Positions 45,400 to 58,200 of a stretch of DNA of 64,000 bases are shown here, piece after piece. Position 1 is the first letter of the stretch; every line of letters starts with the position of its first letter. The position numbers were made by a program, and so were the translations under genes. The notes under the pieces were generated by a model that made no database searches, was not told the DNA's origin, and saw only the letters and a program-made list of their open reading frames with translations. Source of the stretch: Squalus acanthias (Eukaryota); NCBI GenBank assembly GCA_030390025.1, contig CM059425.1, positions 260,524,001 to 260,588,000 on the forward strand, read 5' to 3'.

Positions 45400-47279
45400 A
45401 TGGAGAGGGTGAGAGAACGCGCTCATCGCTTCACCGAGCGGGCCTTGGATGCTCTGGTTGACGCAGTGGAGCGCAGACGATGCATGCTGTTCCCGGAGAG
45501 TGGCAGGAGGCCTTTGCCACGCGAGTTCAGAAGAGTGTGGAGGGAGGTGGCTCAGAGCGTCTCCTCCAGGAGCATGGTGCCCAGGACCCATGTTCAGTGC
45601 CGCAAAAAGTTCAACGACCTCACTCGGGTCGTCAGGGTGAGTGGCTTTTTCTCAATACCTCTCCATCCCTCCATCTCAACCTCACTCTATGGCCAGAGGG
45701 TCTTAAAACCCCAATGCACAACACTCATGCAACACCTATGGCCCTTTCATCAAACACACACACACATTCCACACTTTGCATACAGTAAGGGCTATTCACC
45801 TATGGGAGGCACATCAGGCAAGACCATGGCTGCATATTGTAAGGGCTATTCACCTATGGGAGGCACATCAGGCAAGACCATGGCTGTATATTGACTCAGA
45901 TGCTGTCCTTTTTCTTGCAGGCTAAGCTGGCTCATAATCGGAGACAGCAGCAACGGACGGGTGGAGGGCGGCTTCAGCTGCAACCCCTCAGCGATCTGGA
46001 GGAGCGCGTCCACAGGATTGTGGCAAGCCGGGTGATCGGTCCCGTCGCCACTGGAGACGCCGACCCCGTTTTGTCCTCTGTCCTTCCACTTGTCCCTCAC
46101 AATACCAGCCTTTGACACTTTCAATCCAACTTGCTAACTCGCTGCACTTATTCCTCCCTTACTGCCACCCTGTCCTCACGCTAAAGCCACTCTTGTACCT
46201 CCCTGCTTTCAGATGGTGATTCACCAGCTGAGGAGATGGTCCCTGAAGCTGCCACTGGGAGTGATGCTGCAGCTGAGGAGGAAGAGGAAGCCGGAGCATC
46301 AGTGCCACCCTCTCCCGAGGAAGCCCATGGCCACACTGGGAACACGCCTTCCCCGGAGGGGAGCAGGGGGGAAGGGGCTGATGATGGTGAAGTTCCAGGA
46401 CCCAGCGGGCTGCAGCAACGCCATTGTGGGGGGAGGGAAGAACGGGGGAGCAGGGGGGAAGGGGCTGATGATGGTGAAGCTCCAGGACCCAGCGGGCTGC
46501 AGCCACGCCATGGGGGGGGGAGGGAAGAACGGGAGCCTTCTCCCCAGAGGGAGAGTATGCCAGACACTCCTAATGCAATGGACGCAGAGGAGGAGCGGCT
46601 GATTGCAGAAATGAACAGCCAGGCGGTGGGCATGCACACTGAGCTCATGGGTGCAGTGGGAAGGGTGCCCGAATGCATTGAGGCACTGGCAAGGAGTGTG
46701 GAGCACTTCGCTGTAGCACAGGCGGATGCCACACTAAAGCTTAGTGCTGCAATTCAGTCACTGGCTGCCAGGAACCCATCTGAGACTGCTCTCATGCAGA
46801 CTCAGATTGAGGCCACGCGAGCACTGACTGCTGCCATCCTCGATGGTTCGTGCACATGTCCCCGGGGCTGTCACCGCGCCGCAGCAGGCCAGCAATCTGT
46901 TCTCCGGCAAATTGCTCCGGATGCTGAAGTGCTGCCCCGTGGGAGTGCCAGTGTGTCGGGCGAGCAGGGAGTTGCTGTCCTCTCTCACGATGACAGCATT
47001 CCTGCTGCCAACACTGTCACTTCTCCACTGCACTTGCCACCGCCTGTAGGACAGACTGCTGCCGCCCATGCAGAGTTGGTGCAGTCTGCAGCCGGGCCCT
47101 CCAGGCCCAGAAGTGGTCGAGGCCGTCCTTCAGGGGCATCTGCAGTGTCAGGGTCTGACAAGCAGCAGCCTTCCACCAGCCTTGCTGCAGCCACTGAGGT
47201 CCCATTACGGAGGAGCAGTAGGGTTAGAAGGGGGGAAGTGCGCAAGGGAAGGAGATCACCCTCGAAGGGCAAAAAGTAG
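45400..47279 (+). CDS. Harbinger Myb/SANT-like protein, 3 exons (45400-45636, 45921-~46068, 46213-47279); exon 3 open
   Basis: As in copy 1, with exon 3 continuous (ORF 46236-47279) and ending in a basic NLS-like tail RRSSRVRR...KGKK. Confidence 0.85.
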
Positions 47280-47573
47280 GAGGTGTGCCAAAATGCTGGT
47301 CATTTTTTTATTAAAGGCCGAGGTTCATGGCCCAACTTTTGTTTAGTGTTTTGGACATTATCTCCAGGTTGTGAGAACCAGTTATGTTATTGACTGTTTT
47401 TTTGTGTTTATTTCTATGAGTTTGTCATGAGGAATTGACACACACAGAGTTTGTACAATAAATAAGTTTCTGTATTCAAAATATACATGGCTGGTGGTTG
47501 GAATTATTGGTGCCTTGGCCGGCTTAGGGGTTGCGTGCTGGGTTGATTCGTGTTTGTAGCACTGGCAGGGGCC

Positions 47574-48734
47574 CTAGAAGCGGCTTGCTATTAGTCGTTG
47601 ACGGACGGCCCTTGCAGTTTGACCATTGTGGGCCGCCCTCCTGCCTTGGTGCTGCTGCTGATCATCGTCCTCGGCCTGTTCCTCCTCTTCCTCCTCCTCC
47701 TCTTGTGGTGCTGCAAGGCCTGGTGGCATTGGCTGCGTCCTGAGGATTGCCATGTTGTGCAACATGCAGCACACCACTACGAATTTGGAAACTTGCTCAG
47801 GCGAGTACTGCAGGGCTCCTCCGGAATGGTCCAGACAGCGGAATCGTTGTTTGAGCACGCCGATTGTGCGCTCAATAATGTTCCTGGTTGCTTGTTGGCT
47901 TTCCTGGTACCGCAGCTCAGCAGGGGTGTTTGGCGCACGGAGCGGTGTCATCAGCCAGGTGCTCAATGCGTACCCCTTGTCCCCCAGAAGCCAACCAACT
48001 GGCTGATGCGGTGCCTCGAAAATTTCTGCCACAGTACTCTGGCGCAGGATGAAAGCATCGTGGCAGCTGCCCGGATAGTGGGCATTGACAGCGAGAATCA
48101 CCTGTCTGTGGTCACAGACCAACTGCACATTCAAGGAATGGAACCCCTTTCTGTTCCGGAACTCCTCTGCATTCTCTCGCGGAGCACGCAAAGCCACATG
48201 CGTGCAGTCAATGGCGCCCTGCACCATGGGGAAGCCCGCTACCCTCGCAAAGCCCATAGCACGGTCATGCTGCTTGTCTGGGGTCATAGGGAAGGAGATG
48301 AAGTCTCGTCTCCTTGTGAAGAGGGCATTGGTGACCTGCCGGATGCAGCGATGCACCGCAAACTGGGAGATATTGGCGAGGTCCCCAACAGCAGCTTGGA
48401 ATGAGCCAGTGGCGTAGAAGTTCAAAGCCACTGTGACCTTCACTGCCACCGACAGAGACGTCCTGGACCTCAGCTGAGGCTGCAGATCTGGCTGCAGCAG
48501 GTGGCAGAGCTCAGTGACCACCTCCTTGCTGAATCGCAGCCTTCGCAAACACAGCTCCTCGGACATGTGGATGTAGGAGAGCTGTTCACGATATACCCTG
48601 GGAGGGTAAGCTCTCCTGTACATGCGCCTGATGGCCCTCCTCCGTCTGGCCATCATTGCCACTCTCTGTCTGCGTCTCACCATCCTCCGATTGAGCTGGA
48701 GCAGGACGACGCCCCCAATCATTGCAGCCCCCAT
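47574..48734 (-). CDS. Harbinger (HARBI1-like) DDE transposase, 386 aa, intact
   Basis: Translation identical to 40410-41570. Confidence 0.95.
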   Translation of the reverse strand: MGAAMIGGVVLLQLNRRMVRRRQRVAMMARRRRAIRRMYRRAYPPRVYREQLSYIHMSEELCLRRLRFSKEVVTELCHLLQPDLQPQLRSRTSLSVAVKVTVALNFYATGSFQAAVGDLANISQFAVHRCIRQVTNALFTRRRDFISFPMTPDKQHDRAMGFARVAGFPMVQGAIDCTHVALRAPRENAEEFRNRKGFHSLNVQLVCDHRQVILAVNAHYPGSCHDAFILRQSTVAEIFEAPHQPVGWLLGDKGYALSTWLMTPLRAPNTPAELRYQESQQATRNIIERTIGVLKQRFRCLDHSGGALQYSPEQVSKFVVVCCMLHNMAILRTQPMPPGLAAPQEEEEEEEEQAEDDDQQQHQGRRAAHNGQTARAVRQRLIASRF

Positions 48735-49246
48735 ATTCTCTTTGCCAGAAAAGTAATGAGGTACAGCAACGAAAGTAGCAGCAAACTTAGGATGAACTAG
48801 GCAAAACTACCTCACAAAGCGTTGAGTCAATGTAGAAGTCTCTCTCTCTCTCTCTCCGAATCTCTCTCTCTCTCTCAGAACGAGTGGTGCATAAATGTCG
48901 ACCACAGAAAAAGACAGGAAGAGGCCCCCTTTAAATAGCGCCCCCCCCAGCCCCACACCGATTGATAGCGTTCCAGTCTTCCGGTCGTTGGAAGCGCCAG
49001 GCGGTAAGGCAGGGGGCGCCACTCAATTTCCGCTCCGGGGCGCCCCAAGGGCGTTGCACCACGGAATGACGTCACAATCTGCGCGCGCAGGTGGTCGCAG
49101 CGGTAAGTTTTAGCGCCGCCGCACAATCTCAAGTTAAGTTCTCGAGCGGCGCAAACAGCGCTGCGCCCGGGCGTTAGCGCCTTAACGCCCCATTAGCGCC
49201 CTTTTAAGGCGCTAACGGGAGGCGCAACCAACTGAATTTTTACCCC

Positions 49247-52200
49247 TTTGTGTTTTTGATAATGGAGGGTTTGGGTTTTTGATAATGGAGGGTTTCTGTT
49301 TATGATAATGGAGGGTTTGTGTTTATGATAATGGATGGTTTCGGTTTTTGATAATGGAGGGTTTGTATATTTGATAATGGAGGGTTTGTGTTTTTGATAA
49401 CGGAGGGTTTGTGTTTTTGATAATGGAGGGTTTGTGTTTTTGATAACGGAGAGTTTGTTTTTTTGATAACGGGGGGTTTGTGTTTTTGATAATGGAGGGT
49501 TTGTGTTTTTGATAATGGAGGGTTTGTGTTTTTGATAACGGAGGGTTTGTGTTTTTGATAATGGAGTGTTTGTGTTTTTGATAATGGAGGGTTTGTGTTT
49601 TTGATAATGGAGGGTTTGGGTTTTTGATAATGGAGGGTTTGTGTTTTTGATAAAGGAGGGTGTGCGTTTTTGATAATGGAGGGTTTGTGTTTTTGATAAT
49701 GGAGAGTTTGTGTTTATGATAACGGACAGTTTGGGCTTTTGATAACGGGGGGTTAGTGTTTTTGATAACGGAGGGTTTGTGTTTTCGATAATGGAGGGTT
49801 TGTGTTTTTGATAATGGAGGGTTTGTGTTTTTGATAATGGCGGGTTTCTGTTTTTAATAACGGGGGGTTTGTGTTTTTGATAACGGGGGGTTTGTGTTTT
49901 TAATAACGGGGGGTTTGTGTTTTTGATAATGGCGGGTTTCTGTTTTTAATAACGGGGGGTTTGTGTTTTTGATAATGGCGGGTTTCTGTTTTTAATAACG
50001 GGGGGTTTGTGTTTTTGATAACGGGGGGTTTGTGTTTTTAATAACGGGGGGTTTGTGTTTTTGATAACGGGGGGGTTGTGTTTTTGATAACGGGGGCTTT
50101 GTGTTTTTGATAATGGAGGGTTTGTGTTTTTGATAACGGGGGTTTGTGTTTTTGATAACGGGGGGTTTGTGTTTTTGATAACGGAGGGTTTGGGTTTTTG
50201 ATAACGGGGGGTTTGTGTTTTTGATAACGGGGGGTTTGAGTTTTTGATAACGGGGGGTTTGTGTTTTTGATAATGGAGGGTTTGTGTTTTTGATAAAGGA
50301 GGGTTTGGGTTTTTGATAAAGGATGGTTTGGGTTTTTGATAATGGAGAGTTTGTGTTTTTGATAATGGAGGGTTTGTGTTTTTGATAAAGGAGGTTTTGG
50401 GTTTTTGATAAAGGAGGGTTTGGGTTTTTGATAATGGAGGGTTTGTGTTTTTGATAATGGAGGGTTTGTGTTTATGATAACGGAGGGTTTGGGGTTTTGA
50501 TAATGGAGGGTTTGTGTTTTTGATAACGGAGGGTTTGTGTTTTTGATAACGGAGGGTTTGTGTTTTTGATAACAGAGGGTTTGTGTTTTTGATAATGGAG
50601 GGTTTGTGATTTTGATAACAGAGGGTTTGTGTTTTTGATAACGGAGGGTTTGTGTTTTTGATAACGGAGGGTTTGTGTTTTTGATAACAGAGGGTTTGTG
50701 TTTTTGATAATGGAGGGTTTGTGTTTTTCATAATAGAGGGTTTGTGTTTTTGATAACGGAGAGTTTGTGTTTTTGATAATGGGGGGTTTGTGTTTTTGAT
50801 AATGGAGGGTTTGTGTTTTTGATAATGGAGAGTTTGGGTTTTTGATAATGGGGGTTTGTGTTTTTGATAACGGAGGGTTTGTGTTTTTGATAATGGGGGT
50901 TTGTGTTTTTGATAATGGAGAGTTTGGGTTTTTGATAATGGAGGGTTTGTGTTTTTGATAACGGAGGGTGTTATTTTGAAAAAGGAGGGTTTGTGTTTTT
51001 GATAATGGAGTGTTTGTGTTTTTGATAATGGAGAGTTTGGGTTTTTGATAATGGAGGGTTTGTGTTTTTGATAATGGAGTGTTTGTGTTTTTGATAATGG
51101 AGAGTTTGGGTTTTTGATAATGGAGGGTTTGTGTTTTTGATAATGGAGGGTTTGTGTTTTTGATAATGGAGAGTTTGGGTTTTTGATAATGGAGGGTTTG
51201 TGTTTTTGATAACGGAGGGTTTGTGTTTTTGATAATGGAGAGTTTGGGTTTTTGATAATGGAGGGTTTGTGTTTTTGATAACGGAGGGTTTGTGTTTTTG
51301 ATAATGGAGTGTTTGTGTTTTTGATAATGGAGAGTTTGTGTTTTTGATAATGGGGGGTTTGTGTTTTTGATAATGGGGGTTTGTGTTTTTGATAATGGAG
51401 AGTTTGGGTTTTTGATAATGGAGGGTTTGTGTTTTTGATAACGGAGGGTGTTATTTTGATAAAGGAGGGTTTGTGTTTTTGATAACGGAGGGTTTTTTGT
51501 TTTTGATAATGGAGTGTTTGTGTTTTTGATAATGGAGAGTTTGGGTTTTTGATAATGGAGGGTTTGTGTTTTTGATAACGGAGGGTGTTATTTTGATAAA
51601 GGAGGGTTTGTGTTTTTGATAACGGAGGGTTTGTGTTTTTGATAATGGAGGGTTTGTGTTTATGATAACGGAGGTTTTTTTTTGATAAAGTAGGGTTTGT
51701 GTTTTTGATAACGGAGGGTGTGCGTTTTTGATAATGGAGGGTTTGTGTTTTTGATAATGGAGAGTTTGTGTTTATGATAACGGACAGTTTGGGTTTTTGA
51801 TAATGGAGGGTTTGTGTTTTCGATAATGGAGGGTTTGTGTTTTTGATAACGGAGGGTTTGTGTTTTTGATAACGGGGGGTTTGTGTTTTTGATAATGGAG
51901 GGTTTGTGTTTTCGATAATGGAGGGTTTGTGTTTTTGATAACGGAGGGTTTGTGTTTTTGATAATGTCGGGTTTCTGTTTTTGATAACGGGGGGTTTGTG
52001 TTTTTGATAACGGGGGGTTTGTGTTTTTAATAACGGGGGGTTTGTGTTTTTGATAATGGGGGGGTTGTGTTTTTGATAACGGGGGCTTTGTGTTTTTGAT
52101 AATGGAGGGTTTGTGTTTTTGATAACGGGGGTTTGTGTTTTTGATAACGGGGGGTTTGAGTTTTTGATAACGGGGGGTTTGTGTTTTTGATAATGGAGGG

Positions 52201-55200
52201 TTTGTGTTTTTGATAAAGGAGGGTTTGGGTTTTTGATAAAGGAGGGTTTGGGTTTTTGATAATGGAGAGTTTGTGTTTTTGATAATGGAGGGTTTGTGTT
52301 TTTGATAACGGAGGGTTTGTGTTTATGATAACGGAGGGTTTGTGTTTTTGATAATGGAGGGTTTGTGTTTTTGATAAATGAGAGTTTGTGTTTTTGATAA
52401 TGGGGGGTTTGTGTTTTTGATAATGGAGGGTTTGTGTTTTTGATAACGGAAGGTTTGTGTTTTTGATAATGGAGTGTTTGTGTTTTTGATAATGGAGAGT
52501 TTGGGTTTTTGATAATGGAGGGTTTGTGTTTTTGATAACGGAGGGTGTTTTTTTGATAAAGGAGGGTTTGTGTTTTTGATAACGGAGGGTTTGGGTTTTT
52601 GATAATGGCGGGTTTGTGTTTTTGATAAAGGAGGGTTTGTGTTTTTGATAATGGAGGGTTTGGGGTTTTGATAACGGAGGGTTTGTGATTTTGATAACGG
52701 AGGGTTTGTGTTTTTGATAACGGAGGGTTTGTGTTTTTGATAATGGAGGGTTTGTGTTTTTGATAAATGAGGGTTTGCGTTTTTGATAATGGAGGGTTTG
52801 TGTTTTTGATAATGGAGGGTTTGGGTTTTTGATAATGGAGGGTTTGTGTTTTTGATAATGGAGGGTTTGTGTTTTTGATAAAGGCGGGTTTGGGTTTTTT
52901 ATAATGGAGGGTTTGTGTTTTTGATAATGGAGGGTTTGGGTTTTTGATAATGGAGGGTTTGTGTTTATGATAACGGAGGGTTTGTGTTTTTGATAACGGA
53001 GGGTGTTTTTTTGATAAAGGAGGGTTTGTGTTTTTGATAACGGAGGGTTTGGGTTTTTGATAATGGAGGGTTTGTGTTTTTGATAAAGGAGGATTTGTGT
53101 TTTTGATAATGGAGGGTTTGGGGTTTTGATAATGGAGGGTTTGTGATTTTGATAACGGAGGGTTTGTGTTTTTGATAACGGAGAGTTTGTGTTTTTGATA
53201 ACGGAGGGTTTGTGTTTTTGATAATGGAGGTTTTTTTTTTGATAAAGGAGGGTTTGTGTTTTTGATAAAGGAGGATTTGTGTTTTTGATAATGGAGGGTT
53301 TGGGGTTTTGATAACGGAGGGTTAGTGTTTATGATAACGGAGGGTTTGTGTTTTTGATAACGGAGGGTTTGTGTTTTTGATAATGGAGGTTTTGTGTTTT
53401 TGATAACGGAGAGTTTGTGTTTTTGATAACGGAGGGTTTGTGTTTTTGATAATGGAGGTTTTTTTTTGATAAAGGAGTGTTTGTGTATTTGATAACGGAG
53501 GGTTTGTGTTTTTGATAACGGAGGGTTTGTGTTTATGATAACGGAGGGTTTGTGTTTTTGATAATGGAGCGTTTGTGTTTTTGATAACGGAGAGTTTGTT
53601 TTTTTGATAACGGGGGGTTTGTGTTTTTGATAATGGAGGGTTTGTGTTTTTGATAAAGGAGGTTTTTTTTTGATAAAGTAGGGTTTGTGTTTTTGATAAC
53701 GGAGGGTTTGTGTTTTTGATAAAGGAGGGTTTGGGTTTTTGATAATGGAGGGTTTGTGTTTTTGATAAAGGAGGTTTTTTTTTTGATAAAGTAGGGTTTG
53801 TGTTTTTGATAACGGAGGGTTTGTGTTTTTGATAAAGGAGGGTTTGTGTTTTTGATAATGGAGGGTTTGTGTTTTTGCTAATGGAGGGTTTGTGTTTTTG
53901 ATAACGGAGGGTTAGTGTTTTTGATAACGGAGGGTTTGTGTTTTTGATAATGGAGGGTTTGTGTTTTTGATAAAGGAGGGTGTGCGTTTTTGATAATGGA
54001 GGGTTTGTGTTTTTGATAATGGAGAGTTTGTGTTTATGATAACGGACAGTTTGGGTTTTTGATAATGGAGGGTTTGTGTTTTCGATAATGGAGGGGTTGT
54101 GTTTTTGATAATGGCGGGTTTCTGTTTTTGATAACGGGGGGTTTGTGTTTTTGATAACGGGGGGTTTGTGTTTTTAATAACGGGGGGTTTGTGTTTTTGA
54201 TAATGGGGGGGTTGTGTTTTTGATAACGGGGGCTTTGTGTTTTTGATAATGGAGGGTTTGTGTTTTTGATAACGGGGGTTTGTGTTTTTGATAACGGGGG
54301 GTTTGAGTTTTTGATAACGGAGGGTTTGTGTTTTTGATAACGGGGGGTTTGTGTTTTTGATAATGGAGGGTTTGTGTTTTTGATAAAGGAGGGTTTGGGT
54401 TTTTGATAAAGGAGGGTTTGGGTTTTTGATAATGGAGAGTTTGTGTTTTTGATAATGGAGGGTTTGTGTTTTTGATAAAGGAGGTTTTGGGTTTTTGATA
54501 AAGGAGGGTTTGGGTTTTTGATAATGGAGGGTTTGTGTTTTTGATAATGGAGGGTTTGTGTTTATGATAACGGAGGGTTTGGGGTTTTGATAATGGAGGG
54601 TTTGTGTTTTTGATAACGGAGGGTTTGTGTTTTTGATAATGGAGGGTTTGTGATTTTGATAACAGAGGGTTTGTGTTTTTGATAATGGGGGGTTTGTGTT
54701 TTTGATAATGGAGGGTTTGTGTTTTTGATAATGGAGGGTTTGTGTTATTGATAACGGAAGGTTTGTGTTTTTGATAATGGAGTGTTTGTGTTTTTGATAA
54801 TGGAGAGTTTGGGTTTTTGATAATGGAGGGTTTGTGTTTTTGATAACGGAGGGTGTTTTTTTGATAAAGGAGGGTTTGTGTTTTTGATAACGGAGGGTTT
54901 GGGTTTTTGATAATGGAGGGTTTGTGTTTTTGATAAAGGAGGGTTTGTGTTTTTGATAACGGAGGGTTTGGGGTTTTGATAACGGAGGGTTTGTGATTTT
55001 GATAACGGAGGGTTTGTGTTTTTGATAACGGAGGGTTTGTGTTTTTGATAATGGAGGGTTTGTGTTTTTGATAAATGAGGGTTTGCGTTTTTGATAATGG
55101 AGGGTTTGTGTTTTTGATAATGGAGGGTTTGGGTTTTTGATAACGGAGGGTTTGTGTTTTTGATAACGGAGGGTTTGTGTTTTTGATAATGGAGGGTTTG

Positions 55201-58200
55201 TGTTTTTGATAATGGAGGGTTTGGGTTTTTGATAACGGAGGGTTTGTGTTTTTGATAACGGAGGGTTTGTGTTTTTGATAACGGAGGGTTTGGGGTTTTG
55301 ATAACGGAGGGTTTGTGATTTTGATAACGGAGGGTTTGTGTTTTTGATAACGGAGGGTTTGTGTTTTTGATAATGGAGGTTTTGTGTTTTTGATAACGGA
55401 GAGTTTGTGTTTTTGATAACGGAGGGTTTGTGTTTTTGATAATGGAGGTTTTTTTTTTGATAAAGGAGGGTTTGTGTTTTTGATAATGGAGGGTTTGTGT
55501 TTTTGATAACGGAGGGTTTATGTTTATGATAACGGAGGGTTTGTGTTTTTGATAAAGGAGGGTTTGTGTTTCTGATAACGGAGAGTTTGTTTTTTTGATA
55601 ACGGGGGGTTTGTGTTTTTGATAATGGAGGGTTTGTGTTTTTGATAATGGAGGGTTTGTGTTTTTGATAACGGAGGGTTTGTGTTTTTGATAATGGAGTG
55701 TTTGTGTTTTTGATAATGGAGAGTTTGGGTTTTTGATAATGGAGGGTTTGTGTTTTTGATAACGGAGGTTTTTTTTGATAAAGTAGGGTTTGTGTTTTTG
55801 ATAACGGAGGGTTTGTGTTTTTGATAAAGGAGGGTTTGTGTTTTTGATAATCGAGGGTTTGTGTTTTTGCTAACGGAGGGTTTGTGTTTTTGATAACGGA
55901 GGGTTAGTGTTTTTGATAACGGAGGGTTTGTGTTTTTGATAATGGAGGGTTTGTGTTTTTGATAAAGGAGGGTTTTGGTTTTTGATAATGGAGGGTTTGT
56001 GTTTTTGATAATGGAGGGTTTGGGTTTTTGATAATGGAGGGTTTGTGTTATTGATAATGGAGGGTTTGGCTTTTTGATAATGGAGGGTTTATGTTTTTGA
56101 TAAAGGCGGGTTTGGGTTTTTGATAACGGAGGGTTTGTGTTTTTGATAACGGAGGGTTTGTGTGTTTGATAACGGGGGGTTTGTGTTTTTGATAACGGAG
56201 GGTTTGTGTTTTTGATACCGGAGGGTTTGTGTTTTTGATAACGGGGGTTAGTGTTTTTGATAATGGAGGGTTTGTGTTTTTGATAATGGAGGGTTTGTGT
56301 TTTTGATAATGGAGGGTTTGTGTTTATGATAAAGGAGGGTTTGGGTTTTTGATAAAGGAGGGTTTGGGTTTTTGATAATGGAGGGTTTGTGTTTTTGATA
56401 ATGGAGGGTTTGTGTTTTTGATAATGGAGGGTTTGTGTTTTTGATAACGGAGGTTTTTTTTTTGATAATGGAGGGTTAGTGTTTTTGATAATGGAGGGTT
56501 TTAGTTTTTGATAACGGGGGGTTTGAGATTTTGATAACGGAGGGTTTGTGTTTTTGATAACGGGGGGTTTGTGTTTTTGATAATGGAGGGTTTGTGTTTT
56601 TGATAAGGAGGGTTTGGGTTTTTGATAAAGGAGGGTTTGGGTTTTTGATAATGGAGAGTTTGTGTTTTTGATAATGGAGGGTTTGTGTTTTTGATGAAGG
56701 AGGTTTTGGGTTTTTGATAAAGGAGGGTTTGGGTTTTTGATAATGGAGGGTTTGTGTTTTTGATAATGGAGGGTTTGTGTTTATGATAACGGAGGGTTTG
56801 GGGTTTTGATAATGGAGGGTTTGTGTTTTTGATAACGGAGGGTTTGTGTTTTTGATAACGGAGGGTTTGTGTTTATGATAACAGAGGGTTTGTGTTTTTG
56901 ATAATGGGGGGTTTGTGTTTTTGATAATGGAGGGTTTGTGTTTTTGATAATGGAGGGTTTGTGTTTTTGATAACGGAAGGTTTGTGTTTTTGATAATGGA
57001 GTGTTTGTGTTTTTGATAATGGAGAGTTTGGGTTTTTGATAATGGAGGGTTTGTGTTTTTGATAACGGAGGGTGTTTTTTTGATAAAGGAGGGTTTGTGT
57101 TTTTTATAACGGTGGGTTTGGGTTTTTGATAATGGAGGGTTTGTGTTTTTGATAAAGGAGGGTTTGTGTTTTTGATAATGGAGGGTTTGGGGTTTTGATA
57201 ACGGAGGGTTTGTGATTTTGATAACGGAGGGTTTGTGTTTTTGATAACGGAGGGTTTGTGTTTTTGATAATGGAGGGTTTGTGTTTTTGGTAACGGAGGT
57301 TTAGTGTTTCTTATAACGGAGGGTTTGTGTTTTTGATAACGGAGGGTTTGTGTTTTTGATAACGGGGGTTTGTGTTTTTGATAACGGAGGGTTTGTGTTT
57401 TTGATAACGGAGGGTTTGTGTTTTTGATAACGGGGGGTTTGTGTTTTTCATAATGGAGAGTTTGGGTTTTTGATAATGGAGGGTTTGTGTTTTTGATAAT
57501 GGAGGGTTTGGATTTTTGATAACGGAGGGTTTGGGTTTTTGATAACGGAGGGTTTGTGTTTTTGATAACGGGGGTTTTGTGTTTTTCATAACGGAGAGTT
57601 TGTGTTTTTGATAATGGAGGGTTTGTGTTTTTGATAATGGAGGGTTTGGATTTTTGATAACGGAGGGTTTGTGTTTTTGATAATGGAGGGTTTGGATTTT
57701 TGATAACGGAGGGTTTGGTTTTTTGATAACGGAGGGTTTGTGTTTGAGATAAAGGAGGGTTTGTGTTTTTGATAACGAAGGGTTTGTGTTTTTGATAAAG
57801 GAGGGTTTGTGTTTTTGATAATGGAGGGTTTGGGTTTTTGATAATGCAGTGTTTGTGTTTTTGATAAAGGAGGGTTTGTGTTTTTGATAATGGAGTGTTT
57901 GTGTTTTTGATAATGGAGGGTTTGTGTTTTTGATAAAGGAGGGTTTGTGTTTTTGATAATGGAGTGTTTGTGTTTTTGATAAAGGAGGGTTTGTGTTTTT
58001 GATAATGGAGTGTTTGTGTTTTTGATAATGCAGTGTTTGTGTTTTTGATAAAGGAGGGTTTGTGTTTTTGATAATGGAGTGTTTGTGTTTTTGATAATGG
58101 AGGGTTTGTGTTTTTGATAAAGGAGGGTTTGTGTTTTTGATAATGGAGTGTTTGTGTTTTTGATAAAGGAGGGTTTGTGTTTTTGATAATGGAGTGTTTG

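Larger units (their letters stand above)
45043..49246 (+). mobile_element. Full-length PIF/Harbinger DNA transposon, copy 2 (4204 bp)
   Basis: Same ends and genes as copy 1 at offset 7163-7164; only four differences noticed by eye. Confidence 0.95.
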
